Source of the DNA: Thermodesulfobacteriota bacterium
GTDB lineage: Bacteria; Desulfobacterota; Desulfomonilia; Desulfomonilales; Desulfomonilaceae
DNA length: 64,000 bases
Direction: 5' to 3'
NCBI GenBank assembly: GCA_040755955.1
Contig: JBFMAA010000009.1
Span: 1-64,000 of the forward strand
Within the stretch, counting starts at the first letter, position 1. Each line of letters starts with the position of its first letter. Position numbers and translations under genes: made by a program. This document shows positions 29,430-38,499 of this stretch, piece by piece. The notes under the pieces are model-generated. The model saw only the letters and a list, made by a program, of their open reading frames with translations. It ran no database searches and was not told where the DNA came from.

Positions 29430-31118
29430 TTGAGCGCGATTTTCGGTTCTACGCGCGGTCTCAAGTCCTCACCGCGGTCCGGGCTGGAGAAGCTGGCACT
29501 GCGCAGACTTCCGGCTGATTGCGTGATCACCCCCCAGGTCGCCCGGCGAATGACCGAGCTTTCCGCAGAAATCAGGAGGCAGATCGGGCTGCTGGTCGAC
29601 CGTGGGGGGAATGTCTGGCGCGTGCTGGTCGGAGATTCCCGCTCGATTCTGATCCCCAGACTCCACGGCTGGCGCGTCGGCGTCGGGCGTCTGCGAGGTT
29701 TGAGACTCGTCCACACCCACCTCAAGGACGAACCCCTCAGCGAGGAAGACCTGACCGACCTGGCGTTGTTGCGTCTGGATCTGATCGCGTCCGTGGGAAT
29801 GGACGCGGAAGGTCTCCCGACCGTGGTCCACATTGCCCACCTGCTGCCGGACAACCCGACCCACGAGGTGTGGCAGGTGCTCCCTCCGATCTCTGTGCAC
29901 GCCCTGGACCTGGACTTCACTGCCTTCGTCAAGGGCCTCGAAGACGAAATCGCACGGTCCGTTACAGGACGCTCGGTCAAAGGAGATACCGAGCGGGCCT
30001 TCCTCATCGGCAAGGTTGCCGGGCGCACCTGGGAAGTGGAGGAGTCCCTGGACGAGCTTGAGGAGTTGGCAAGGTCCTGTGGCGTCGAGGTGGTGGGGAA
30101 GACGGTTCAGCAGAGGAACTCAGAGGATCCAAGGTTTTTCGTGGGAAAGGGGAAACTCAGAACGCTGGTTATCGAGGCGTTGCAAAAGGCCTCCGGGATG
30201 CTCGTCTTCGACACGGAATTGAGCCCGGACCAGGTCAAGGCAATCGGCAGATTCACCGAGCTGAAGGTGATAGATCGTTCGCAGCTCATACTCGACATTT
30301 TTGCCCAGCGGGCCAAGACCCAGGAAGGGAAGATCCAGGTGGAGCTTGCCCAGTTGAGATACGCGCTGCCCCGCCTCGGCGAAAAGGATGACGCGCTTTC
30401 CCGGCTCACCGGAGGCATCGGCGGCCGAGGCCCTGGAGAGACGAAGCTCGAGATAGATCGACGTCGCATTCACAGCCGCATTGCGTTTCTCGAGAAACAG
30501 ACCGAGGAGCTTGGCCACCGCCGTGCGCTGCGCCGAGGCCTGAGAAACAGGAAAGGCATACCTGTGATCTCGATCGTCGGTTATACGAATGCGGGCAAGT
30601 CCACGTTGCTCAATGCGCTTACGAAGTCCTCGATTCTGGTGGAAGACAAGCTTTTTGCCACACTCGATCCGACGAGTCGCCGGCTGAGATTCCCCCGGGA
30701 AACCGAGGTCATCATCACCGACACGGTTGGTTTCCTGCGGGAACTCCCCGAGGACCTGGTAGCCGCGTTTTCCGCGACGCTGGACGAGCTCGCGGACGCG
30801 GACCTGCTCCTGCACGTGATAGACTGTGCCAACCCATCGTTCGAAGCCCAGATGACTGCGGTAGAGCAGGTCCTGGAGAAGCTCGAACTGGACGAAATTC
30901 CCGTGATCCGCGTCTTCAACAAGCAGGACAAGGCCGGCATGGAGCTGGTGCGCCGGACCTGCGCGGCCTATGATGGCATCGGGATTTCGGCCTTGGATTC
31001 CAAGACGTTCCCGCCGCTCATCAAGAGGATGGAGGACGAGATTATTCACCTCATGACCTCCGCGGATTCACTCGAAAAAAAACAGGAGCCTCCCAGCGAA
31101 TCATGGAGCGCCGGATGA
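29430..31118 (+). CDS. hflX: GTPase HflX with N-terminal extension
   Basis: 562 aa; HflX N-domain, G-domain GYTNAGKST...DTVGF...NKQD, C-terminal domain; first ~100 aa are an Arg-rich extension not seen in compact HflX. Confidence 0.85.
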   Translation: MSAIFGSTRGLKSSPRSGLEKLALRRLPADCVITPQVARRMTELSAEIRRQIGLLVDRGGNVWRVLVGDSRSILIPRLHGWRVGVGRLRGLRLVHTHLKDEPLSEEDLTDLALLRLDLIASVGMDAEGLPTVVHIAHLLPDNPTHEVWQVLPPISVHALDLDFTAFVKGLEDEIARSVTGRSVKGDTERAFLIGKVAGRTWEVEESLDELEELARSCGVEVVGKTVQQRNSEDPRFFVGKGKLRTLVIEALQKASGMLVFDTELSPDQVKAIGRFTELKVIDRSQLILDIFAQRAKTQEGKIQVELAQLRYALPRLGEKDDALSRLTGGIGGRGPGETKLEIDRRRIHSRIAFLEKQTEELGHRRALRRGLRNRKGIPVISIVGYTNAGKSTLLNALTKSSILVEDKLFATLDPTSRRLRFPRETEVIITDTVGFLRELPEDLVAAFSATLDELADADLLLHVIDCANPSFEAQMTAVEQVLEKLELDEIPVIRVFNKQDKAGMELVRRTCAAYDGIGISALDSKTFPPLIKRMEDEIIHLMTSADSLEKKQEPPSESWSAG

Positions 31119-31858
31119 AGAAGCAACTTACCCCGGAAGAACAGCGACGCGTGATCGTCTCTGTGGTTGCGCTGGCCTGTTTGGCCGCGGGAATTGGGAT
31201 CGCGGCCGCGCTTGGATACTTGCAGGTGTTTCTTGCGAAACTCTGCGAGATCTTTCAAGGCAGAGAGCAACTGCGAGCATACCTGGAAAGCTGGGGTGTA
31301 TGGGCTCCGGCCGCGTTCGTGGGCATACAGATCCTTCAGGTGGTGATTGCGCCGATCCCCGGCGAGCTATCCGGCGCGGTGGGCGGATTCATGTTCGATG
31401 CGTGGCCGAACGTGATCTACTCGACGATAGGGCTCACGGCCGGATCGGTGTTGGCCTTTCTTTCCGCCAGGATAGTGGGGCAGCCTCTGGTGAACCTTGT
31501 GGTGACGGACGCGGTGATGAAGAAACTGAAGTTTCTCACCGAACGACGGGGCACCATGTTGGCGTTGTTCTTGTTCACGGTTCCGGGCTTTCCGAAGGAT
31601 ATACTCTGCTACATCCTCGGTCTGAGCCCCATGGGTTTTCTCACGTTTGTGGTGGTGTGTGCCGTGGGGCGCATCCCCGGGACGATAGCCTTGAGTCTGA
31701 GCGGTTCCGCACTGTACCACGGAAATTGGCTCCTGCTGGGGATCGTGTCGGTAGTGACCGGAGCCTCGCTGCTCGTGGCGTACCTGTATCGCAACCGGAT
31801 CGAGCTGATGCTGCACCGCAAGAGGCACGCGGTCCATGAGGAAGGGGCTTCCCGGTAA
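31103..31858 (+). CDS. TVP38/TMEM64 (DedA-related) family membrane protein
   Basis: 251 aa; multi-TM; conserved GxxxxGxxxGxxL/PGFPK-like block (TVPGFPKDILCYILGL). Confidence 0.7.
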   Translation: MERRMKKQLTPEEQRRVIVSVVALACLAAGIGIAAALGYLQVFLAKLCEIFQGREQLRAYLESWGVWAPAAFVGIQILQVVIAPIPGELSGAVGGFMFDAWPNVIYSTIGLTAGSVLAFLSARIVGQPLVNLVVTDAVMKKLKFLTERRGTMLALFLFTVPGFPKDILCYILGLSPMGFLTFVVVCAVGRIPGTIALSLSGSALYHGNWLLLGIVSVVTGASLLVAYLYRNRIELMLHRKRHAVHEEGASR

Positions 31859-32079
31859 GGGGAGCGTGAGCATTGCCCGGCATTGCTTCTGCGGAGGGTG
31901 GAGGCCGTCACAAGATGCGTACACCATGTCGGACCCGACTCATCTCGCGGTGTGGACTCGCGTGATTCGTGAAAGATCGGGAATCCAGGCTGTTCGATGC
32001 ATGCTCGACCGGGCTTTGCCTGGGGTGACAACGCTGTCTGGTTGATGGAGCAGTCTTGTAACGGCCCCTGTGCGAAGCC

Positions 32080-33399
32080 ATGCGGATGAGGAGAGGAACA
32101 ACCGTGATTACCAAGTTCGCGATCAAGAACTTCCGCACCCATCGAGATACTGAGATCGAGTTGGGTCCTCTCACTCTGTTGATTGGTTCAAACAATTCAG
32201 GCAAGACAAACTTGCTCTCCGCACTGCGACACTTCTCTCTTGTTGTTGCACTGGGCAGACCCGACACGGGAGATTCACCCCCGGAGTCAGATGACAAAGA
32301 GCCTCTGAGGGCCACAAACGCCGGGCAGCAGTCCTTGCGCCACCACAATCTCTTTCCCCATAGGCACAGGCTCTCAGGCGATGACGAGCCTATGTCTTTC
32401 CGCTGTGAATGGAAGCGGAAATCGGGAAAGGGAAACTATCTTATCGAACTCTACAAAGATGAGAGCCTTCCTAACCAGGTTGGGTGCAGGGAGCGCATAA
32501 TCGTCGAGACCACGGGGGCGGGATCTCCGAGGACGTTTGAGTCCGGATGGGAGCGGCGCGTCGATTGGCCCAGTTTGCAGACTCAGATCAGAGCCGAAGG
32601 CCTTCCCAAGAATCAAATGGAACTCGTTTCCACTCTGTTCCGGGACCTGGCCCAATGTTATGCGTATCATCTTCAGCCCTCATTTCTCAAGGGGCGTTCC
32701 TCCGGAGACCTTGGGCATTCTCTCGAGGACCCGGTCAGAATCCCACGCGACCTGGGTTACGAAGGTTCAGGACTTCAACCGTTGCTCAAGACAATCAGTG
32801 AACGGGAGCGACGGACGTTCGACGGCTTCCTCACCTTCATGCGACGCTTTGAACCGTCTTTCCACGGAGTCAGGTTTGACGAACATCGCAAAGAGCTTCT
32901 GTGGGAATTCGATATCGGAAGAGAGCCTCCAGGGCTTGAACAATTCCGACCAGACGTGGTGTCCGACGGTCTTCTGCGCGCCGCCGCAATTGCACTGTTG
33001 TGCGCGATGCACAATCCCCCTTCTCTGATCCTGCTGGAAGAGATCGAGGACGGAATCAGTCAGATGAACATCGGACGCTTCCTTGGTTGGCTGAGAAAAG
33101 CGGCGGGAAAGCCGGATGCCCAGGACAAAGGATATCGGACGCAATTCCTCGTCACGTCCCACAGTCCCTCGGTATTGCGCGACTTCGCAGACCACCTGGA
33201 GGACGCGTATTCCGTCCGGTTGGATTCGAGAGGCTACCGCAGTGTCGTCACCAATCTTAATGAGTCCCTTGCGTACCTCGTCGACCTCGGTGGCGCAGAC
33301 GGCGAAACCACCGAGCGTGACGGCAAGAAGATCGTTCGGATTCCGCCCTATGAGCTCGTAGAACTTTGGTATCGCGGCACTATCGGAGGGGAACGATGA
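32080..33399 (+). CDS. ABC-type AAA family ATPase (AAA_21/AAA_15-like), predicted defence ATPase
   Basis: 439 aa; N-terminal FAIKNFRTHRDTEIELGPLTLLIGSNNSGKTNLLSAL (Walker A), C-terminal LILLEEIEDG (Walker B) and TSHS H-loop; stop overlaps next gene (ATGA). Confidence 0.7.
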   Translation: MRMRRGTTVITKFAIKNFRTHRDTEIELGPLTLLIGSNNSGKTNLLSALRHFSLVVALGRPDTGDSPPESDDKEPLRATNAGQQSLRHHNLFPHRHRLSGDDEPMSFRCEWKRKSGKGNYLIELYKDESLPNQVGCRERIIVETTGAGSPRTFESGWERRVDWPSLQTQIRAEGLPKNQMELVSTLFRDLAQCYAYHLQPSFLKGRSSGDLGHSLEDPVRIPRDLGYEGSGLQPLLKTISERERRTFDGFLTFMRRFEPSFHGVRFDEHRKELLWEFDIGREPPGLEQFRPDVVSDGLLRAAAIALLCAMHNPPSLILLEEIEDGISQMNIGRFLGWLRKAAGKPDAQDKGYRTQFLVTSHSPSVLRDFADHLEDAYSVRLDSRGYRSVVTNLNESLAYLVDLGGADGETTERDGKKIVRIPPYELVELWYRGTIGGER

Positions 33400-34151
33400 A
33401 CCTTCCGGACAATTGCCGGTGCGTGGGGATCGTGGGGGACGGGCCCACAGACAGGCAGGTGGTCGAGCGATTGGTCACCTGTTTGCTGAGCGATCTTGGC
33501 GGCGAGGTGCTGATATTCCATTATCTCGATGAGTTGACGCTTCACGACGACATGGACAGGTTCTTCAGGAAGGCTTCCAAACAATCCGATTACTCCTTGT
33601 CGGACGAACCGGCCCAGAGACTTCGCTCTGCGGCTTTCGATCTTCTTCTTACGGGAGTAGGCATGCTTCAGCAGAGGTTGGATAGGTCTCTGAGCAATCT
33701 CGATGTCCTTGTCCTGCATTGTGATGCCGAGTCGTTCCTGAAATCGCCGGATCAGCATTTTTCGGAACCCTGGGCCCTGGCGGCTGTGGTGTCGGTTCAC
33801 AACGGTATCGAATGGTTCTATCACACGCAGTCGGAACAATATGTGCCTAACGAATGCGTGCCTCTGATAGTTCCTCTCGTCATGTTTCCGAGTACCGAGA
33901 TCATCGTGGCTGCTGCCAAGACCCCAATGGGAGTTTCTTTCCGGTCCCGCGGCAAGAGCGCGGCAGATCTCAAACTCGATCTCTATAATGAAGCAGACCT
34001 TCGTAACCTCAGCAAGCAGGAATTCGAGCAACTGGTTCTCCAGCACATCACTGTTGATGCATGTGGCTCCATTTACAGGCATGTGCCGGAGACTCGCGCC
34101 TTCTTCCGAGTCCTGAGCTGGAACCGAGGCTGTATCCCGTCAACAGGGTGA
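33396..34151 (+). CDS. DUF4276/TOPRIM-like (OLD-family nuclease-like) protein, partner of upstream ATPase
   Basis: 251 aa; N-terminal VGIVGDGPTD resembles the EGxTE opening of DUF4276/RloB-like proteins; later VLVLHCDAE acidic cluster; translationally coupled to ATPase. Confidence 0.45.
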   Translation: MNLPDNCRCVGIVGDGPTDRQVVERLVTCLLSDLGGEVLIFHYLDELTLHDDMDRFFRKASKQSDYSLSDEPAQRLRSAAFDLLLTGVGMLQQRLDRSLSNLDVLVLHCDAESFLKSPDQHFSEPWALAAVVSVHNGIEWFYHTQSEQYVPNECVPLIVPLVMFPSTEIIVAAAKTPMGVSFRSRGKSAADLKLDLYNEADLRNLSKQEFEQLVLQHITVDACGSIYRHVPETRAFFRVLSWNRGCIPSTG

Positions 34152-34269
34152 GCGTGCGTACGGGTTTTTCGAGAGATTCCCTGATGCTTGCCGGTGGGAG
34201 GGCCTTGCTCGCCTTCAGCCCGACCAACCGTTCCGCATTTTGCGGCACGCTTCGGGCAGATATGATAAA

Positions 34270-34734
34270 ATGAACAACCGTCCCCTTCTACTCATCGTGT
34301 ACCACTCTCAGTCCGGCAACACCGACCGGCTCTCCGCGGCCGTCGAGGAGGGGGCCCGGAAGGTCCTGGATGTGCGCGTGGAACGCAAGAAGGCGGCTCA
34401 GGTTACCGCGGCGGACATCGAGCAATGTCGGATGCTTGTGGTGTGCAGCCCCGAGTATTTCGGGTACATGGCTGGAGCAGTTAAGGACCTGTTCGACCGT
34501 ACGTACGAGGCCGTCCGCCAACGTATTCGTGGCAAACCGTATGCGCTCGTGATCTGCGCGGGAAACGACGGGACCGGAGCCCTCAATTCGATCGAGCGTA
34601 TACTCAAGGGCTGCGGAGTCAGGCGAGTGCAGGAGCCGCTCATCTCCAGAGGGCCCGTATCCGAGGAGATTCTGCGGAAATGCCGGGAGCTTGGGGAAAC
34701 CCTCGCAGCAGGCATCGAATTGGGGATATACTGA
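34270..34734 (+). CDS. flavodoxin-like fold NAD(P)H-dependent oxidoreductase
   Basis: 154 aa; LLLIVYHSQSGNT flavin-binding loop typical of NADPH-dependent FMN reductase/flavodoxin family. Confidence 0.7.
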   Translation: MNNRPLLLIVYHSQSGNTDRLSAAVEEGARKVLDVRVERKKAAQVTAADIEQCRMLVVCSPEYFGYMAGAVKDLFDRTYEAVRQRIRGKPYALVICAGNDGTGALNSIERILKGCGVRRVQEPLISRGPVSEEILRKCRELGETLAAGIELGIY

Positions 34735-34882
34735 GGCGAAGGACTTACAAGGGTGCCGTGGATTCTCAGAAAACCGGCAGGCGTATTGCTGTGAATCCTG
34801 AGATCCGTGGTGGGAAACCCGTCATTGGTGGATTATCGTTTTCAGGGGTCTTCTCGATCCTTGTTTGCGGAAGGAAGCAACA

Positions 34883-35113
34883 ATGACCGCTCACGAACAT
34901 ACAATCGCTAAGGTTCAGCAACTGCCCGAGCCCTTGCTGCAAGAGGTCAATGACTTCATTGATTTTCTTATGGTGAGACACGATCGGACACTTTGGGACA
35001 TGTGGACCCATTTCAGTGAGGGACTCGACCTGGTGGAGCCAGACTTCCCCAGCTACTTGCCAAACCTTGAAACATATGAGGAGAGCTTGGCTCGTGGAGA
35101 CTTCCGATGGTGA
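34883..35113 (+). CDS. DUF2281-type antitoxin (MazE functional analogue)
   Basis: 76 aa; KVQQLPEPLLQEVNDFIDFL motif; GGAAGGA SD; stop overlaps mazF start. Confidence 0.7.
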   Translation: MTAHEHTIAKVQQLPEPLLQEVNDFIDFLMVRHDRTLWDMWTHFSEGLDLVEPDFPSYLPNLETYEESLARGDFRW

Positions 35114-35451
35114 CGGTTTCCCGCGGGGACGTGATCCTGTGTGATCTCAACCCGATGGTAGGGACGGAGCAGTCTGGAGTCCGGCCTGCGCTGGTCGTCC
35201 AGATCGACCGTGCAAATGCCGTGAGTCCGCACATCATCATTGTTCCGTTCACTACGCGCATTCACAGTGTGGTTCTCCCGTCTCATGCGCTCATTCCCGC
35301 AGGCACCGGTGGGCTGACACGCGATTCGGTGGTGCTCTGCGAGCAGATTAGAGTGATCGATAAGCGCCGTGTCATTCGTGTGCTTGGTCACTTGAGCGAC
35401 CCCTATATGGAACAGGTGGCCGGCGCACTGCGGACGATCCTTGGGCTGTGA
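35107..35451 (+). CDS. mazF: MazF/PemK family endoribonuclease toxin
   Basis: 114 aa; RGDVILCDLNP...GVRPALVVQ...VPFTT PemK signature. Confidence 0.85.
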   Translation: MVTVSRGDVILCDLNPMVGTEQSGVRPALVVQIDRANAVSPHIIIVPFTTRIHSVVLPSHALIPAGTGGLTRDSVVLCEQIRVIDKRRVIRVLGHLSDPYMEQVAGALRTILGL

Positions 35452-35602
35452 GGAAGACCAGGAGCCACCCAACCACACAGCAACAGAGAGGAGAACAGGG
35501 GACGGTAAGGTCCGTTCCCTTACTCCCCTTTGGCTGAAAGGGAGTACGAGGATTTTCAGTCAGCACCCGTCACGAGGCCGCTCAAATCATAAGCATCGGA
35601 CA

Positions 35603-36226
35603 ATGATCGAGCATGTGATATTCGACCTGGGCCAAGTGTTGGTCCCTTTTGACTGGCAGATCGCGATACGGCGGCTGGCCTCGCACGTGAGCCCGGAAGT
35701 CCGCGCGCTGATCAACGGGAATAAGGCCGCGTTCGTCAGCCTCGTGGAAGGACCGGCAACTGCGCTCGAAACCGGCCGTATCGACTTCGACACCTTCCAG
35801 AGCGAGGTTCAGCCCCAACTCGGCACGAATCTCGACCCTGCCGAGTTTCATGACATCTGGTGCGACATCTTCGACGTGAATCCCGAAATGATCGCACTGG
35901 GGAAGGCACTGTCGTCCCGGATGGGCACTTGGCTCGCGTCCAACACGAGTGAGGCGCACTTCCAGTGGATACTCCGACGCTTTCCGGAAGTGGGATTCTA
36001 CCGAAAGGCCGCGCTTTCGTACGAACTCGGAGTCATGAAGCCGAACCCGGCGTTTTTCCGGATGGCCTTGAAAACCTTTGCCATCGACCCGAGAAAGGCG
36101 GTATTCACGGATGATATCGAGGAGAACGTCCTGGCAGCGGTTGCCGAAGGCATGGCAGGGATTCATTTCAGGAGCCGGGACCAACTGGTGCGCGAGCTCA
36201 ACGCGCTCGGAGTGCACATAGGGTGA
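35603..36226 (+). CDS. HAD superfamily hydrolase, subfamily IA
   Basis: 207 aa from ATG 35603; motif I FDLGQVL (DxG), motif III/IV DDIEENV region. Confidence 0.75.
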   Translation: MIEHVIFDLGQVLVPFDWQIAIRRLASHVSPEVRALINGNKAAFVSLVEGPATALETGRIDFDTFQSEVQPQLGTNLDPAEFHDIWCDIFDVNPEMIALGKALSSRMGTWLASNTSEAHFQWILRRFPEVGFYRKAALSYELGVMKPNPAFFRMALKTFAIDPRKAVFTDDIEENVLAAVAEGMAGIHFRSRDQLVRELNALGVHIG

Positions 36227-36234
36227 GGTCTACA

Positions 36235-37446
36235 ATGGATGAGTCGGCAAATCAATCGTATGTGATCAATGGATTCCGGTTTTCCGCGGTTGCCGCGGAG
36301 GTGAAGAAGCCCGGCACCGATAGACTGGACCTGGCCCTTGTGGTGGCCGACCGACCCGCCGTGCTGGCGGGGGTGACCACGACCAATGTCGTGTACGCGG
36401 CGCCTGTGGCATTGACTCGGCAGCGTCTGGCTGACGGGCTGTGTCGTGCGGTACTGATCAACTCCGGCAACGCCAACGCGTGCACCGGCCAAGACGGCAT
36501 GAACGACGCACGGGAGCTCACCGAGAAGACGGCCCGGGAGCTCGAAGTCGATCCTGAGCTTGTGATTCCCATGTCCACGGGGGTCATCGGAGCTCGCCTG
36601 CCCATGGATCGCATGATGCCTCGCATCCCGGACCTGGTGCGGGGGCTTGCCGCCAATCGAGCCCCGGACGTGGCAAGAGCCATGATGACCACCGATACTA
36701 AACCGAAGATGAGCTTCAGAACCGCGAGCATCTCCAACGGCTCTTTTTCGGCATTGGGAATGGCAAAGGGTTCGGGTATGATCGCCCCCCGCATGGCGAC
36801 CCTGCTCGGCGTGATCGTGACGGACCTGAAGGTGCCGCTGCCGTTGCTCCGGGACGCCCTCGTGGACTCGTGCAGCAAGACATTGAACCGCATCACCGTT
36901 GATGGCGACACCAGCACCAATGACACGGTGATCGTGCTTTCCGGAGGCTTCGCAGAGGCCCCGGAACTCGGACCGTCCATGCGTGACAGAGAGGTCTTCA
37001 CCCAAGCCCTCGAAGAAATCTGCCTCGATCTTGCCAGGCAGTTGGTCGCGGACGGTGAGGGAGCCACGAAGCTCGTGGAGGTTCACGTGTGCGGAGTCCA
37101 CAACGAAGAAGCCGCAGACAGGCTGGCTCGAACTATCGCGGAATCCCCCCTGGTCAAGACCGCATTCCACGGCGAGGACCCCAACTGGGGGAGAATTCTG
37201 GCCGCGGCCGGCAGATCCGGCGTCTTCTTTGACAGCACCCGGGTGGACCTGTTCATCGGCGACGTGCCTGTCATGAGGAACGGCAGACCCGCGACCACAG
37301 ACTGGGAACCCCCGGCCAAACGCGAGATGTCAAAGAACAAGTTCCGTGTCACCCTCGACTTGAAGGCAGGCTCCGCGGAAGCAACCTTCCTGACTACCGA
37401 CCTCTCCGCGGAGTACGTGCGGATCAACGCGGACTACCGGTCGTAG
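36235..37446 (+). CDS. argJ: bifunctional glutamate N-acetyltransferase/amino-acid acetyltransferase ArgJ
   Basis: 403 aa; GGFSAVAA-like N-terminus, autocatalytic ATLL (T-L) cleavage site (MATLLGVIVTD), typical length; strong GGTGAGG SD. Confidence 0.9.
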   Translation: MDESANQSYVINGFRFSAVAAEVKKPGTDRLDLALVVADRPAVLAGVTTTNVVYAAPVALTRQRLADGLCRAVLINSGNANACTGQDGMNDARELTEKTARELEVDPELVIPMSTGVIGARLPMDRMMPRIPDLVRGLAANRAPDVARAMMTTDTKPKMSFRTASISNGSFSALGMAKGSGMIAPRMATLLGVIVTDLKVPLPLLRDALVDSCSKTLNRITVDGDTSTNDTVIVLSGGFAEAPELGPSMRDREVFTQALEEICLDLARQLVADGEGATKLVEVHVCGVHNEEAADRLARTIAESPLVKTAFHGEDPNWGRILAAAGRSGVFFDSTRVDLFIGDVPVMRNGRPATTDWEPPAKREMSKNKFRVTLDLKAGSAEATFLTTDLSAEYVRINADYRS

Positions 37447-37559
37447 GCCCGTTTCAGGCTCCCGGGCTTGACAGATGCGGTATTTTGTTGATACTGGATT
37501 GCCAATGTGAAATTATTCTGAGTTCGAGGCGGTCACACGTCTCGCTGAAGGGACCTGAG

Positions 37560-38243
37560 ATGCGAACCAACGCTCGATGGTGGGGAATTCTTGCTTCTTT
37601 CTGGACGGTGCTTGCCCTGGGAACGCTCGCGGCTGCCTTGGCTGCGGAAATGGCCCCGCCGGAACTGGGCCTCTCATTGCTGCATGTGGGGGAAGTGAAA
37701 GCAGGGGCAGTCGAGCTGCGCGTGTCCACGAACACTCCCGCGCAAGGCTTCTTTTCTGCGGGGGACCGCGTCATCATCACGCTGGAGGCCCCCCGTGAGC
37801 TGTACCTGACCGTCCTACACGTGTCCGACTCAGGCGATGTGACCATATTTTACCCGGACAAGGAAAAGGCTGAGACCGCGGTGGCTGCCGGTGAGAAACT
37901 GGTCCTTTTCGGACCCAAGTCGAACGCACAGCTCGTTGCCGGAAAGGAGCTCTCCAAGGGAGGGACGGTCGCGTTCGTGAGCCCAAGGCAGTTCAGCGTC
38001 GCACTCATGAGGTTCTTTCAGGGGAAGCAGTGGATGGAAATCTCCGGCACTGCCGAGCGCGACCTGAAACTGCTCAAGGAAAAACTCGAAATCATATGCA
38101 GGGACAAGGGATTCAACCGCATAGAGATTCCGATCAAGGCCAAGTCCGGCAAGAATCTCGCGCTCGGCATCACCAAACAGGGTCGAGCACTGGCCAAAGC
38201 AAAGAGCACCCATCGCAGAGTAGCTGGGAGCCGCTACCAATAA
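37560..38243 (+). CDS. exported hypothetical protein
   Basis: 227 aa from ATG 37560; signal peptide MRTNARWWGILASFWTVLALGTLAAALAA; no motif recognised. Confidence 0.5.
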   Translation: MRTNARWWGILASFWTVLALGTLAAALAAEMAPPELGLSLLHVGEVKAGAVELRVSTNTPAQGFFSAGDRVIITLEAPRELYLTVLHVSDSGDVTIFYPDKEKAETAVAAGEKLVLFGPKSNAQLVAGKELSKGGTVAFVSPRQFSVALMRFFQGKQWMEISGTAERDLKLLKEKLEIICRDKGFNRIEIPIKAKSGKNLALGITKQGRALAKAKSTHRRVAGSRYQ

Positions 38244-38340
38244 TCCCACCACCCTTGGTCGGTCCGCATGAAGACCGATGGCGGGGTGAGTTGGTTCTAC
38301 GCACATGCAAACCCCAGCGTGCTGCGGAGGAACAATAGCG
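38230..38340 (-). repeat. dispersed repeat family A copy (reverse)
   Basis: gctgggagccgctaccaataatcccaccacccttggtcggtccgcatgaagaccgatggcggggtgagttggttctacgcac. Confidence 0.75.
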
Positions 38341-38499
38341 ATGAACTCCTCTCTTGAAGCGGATCCCGACAACAGATCTTCGCTGCTGGAGAAGCATTCG
38401 AACGATAGTCGTGCAGAGCAGCAATGTATTGATTCCGCTCGATCACCGAATCCAGTGCAGGATCGCCGCACCTGAGTGATCCTGCTTGAGATGCAATAG

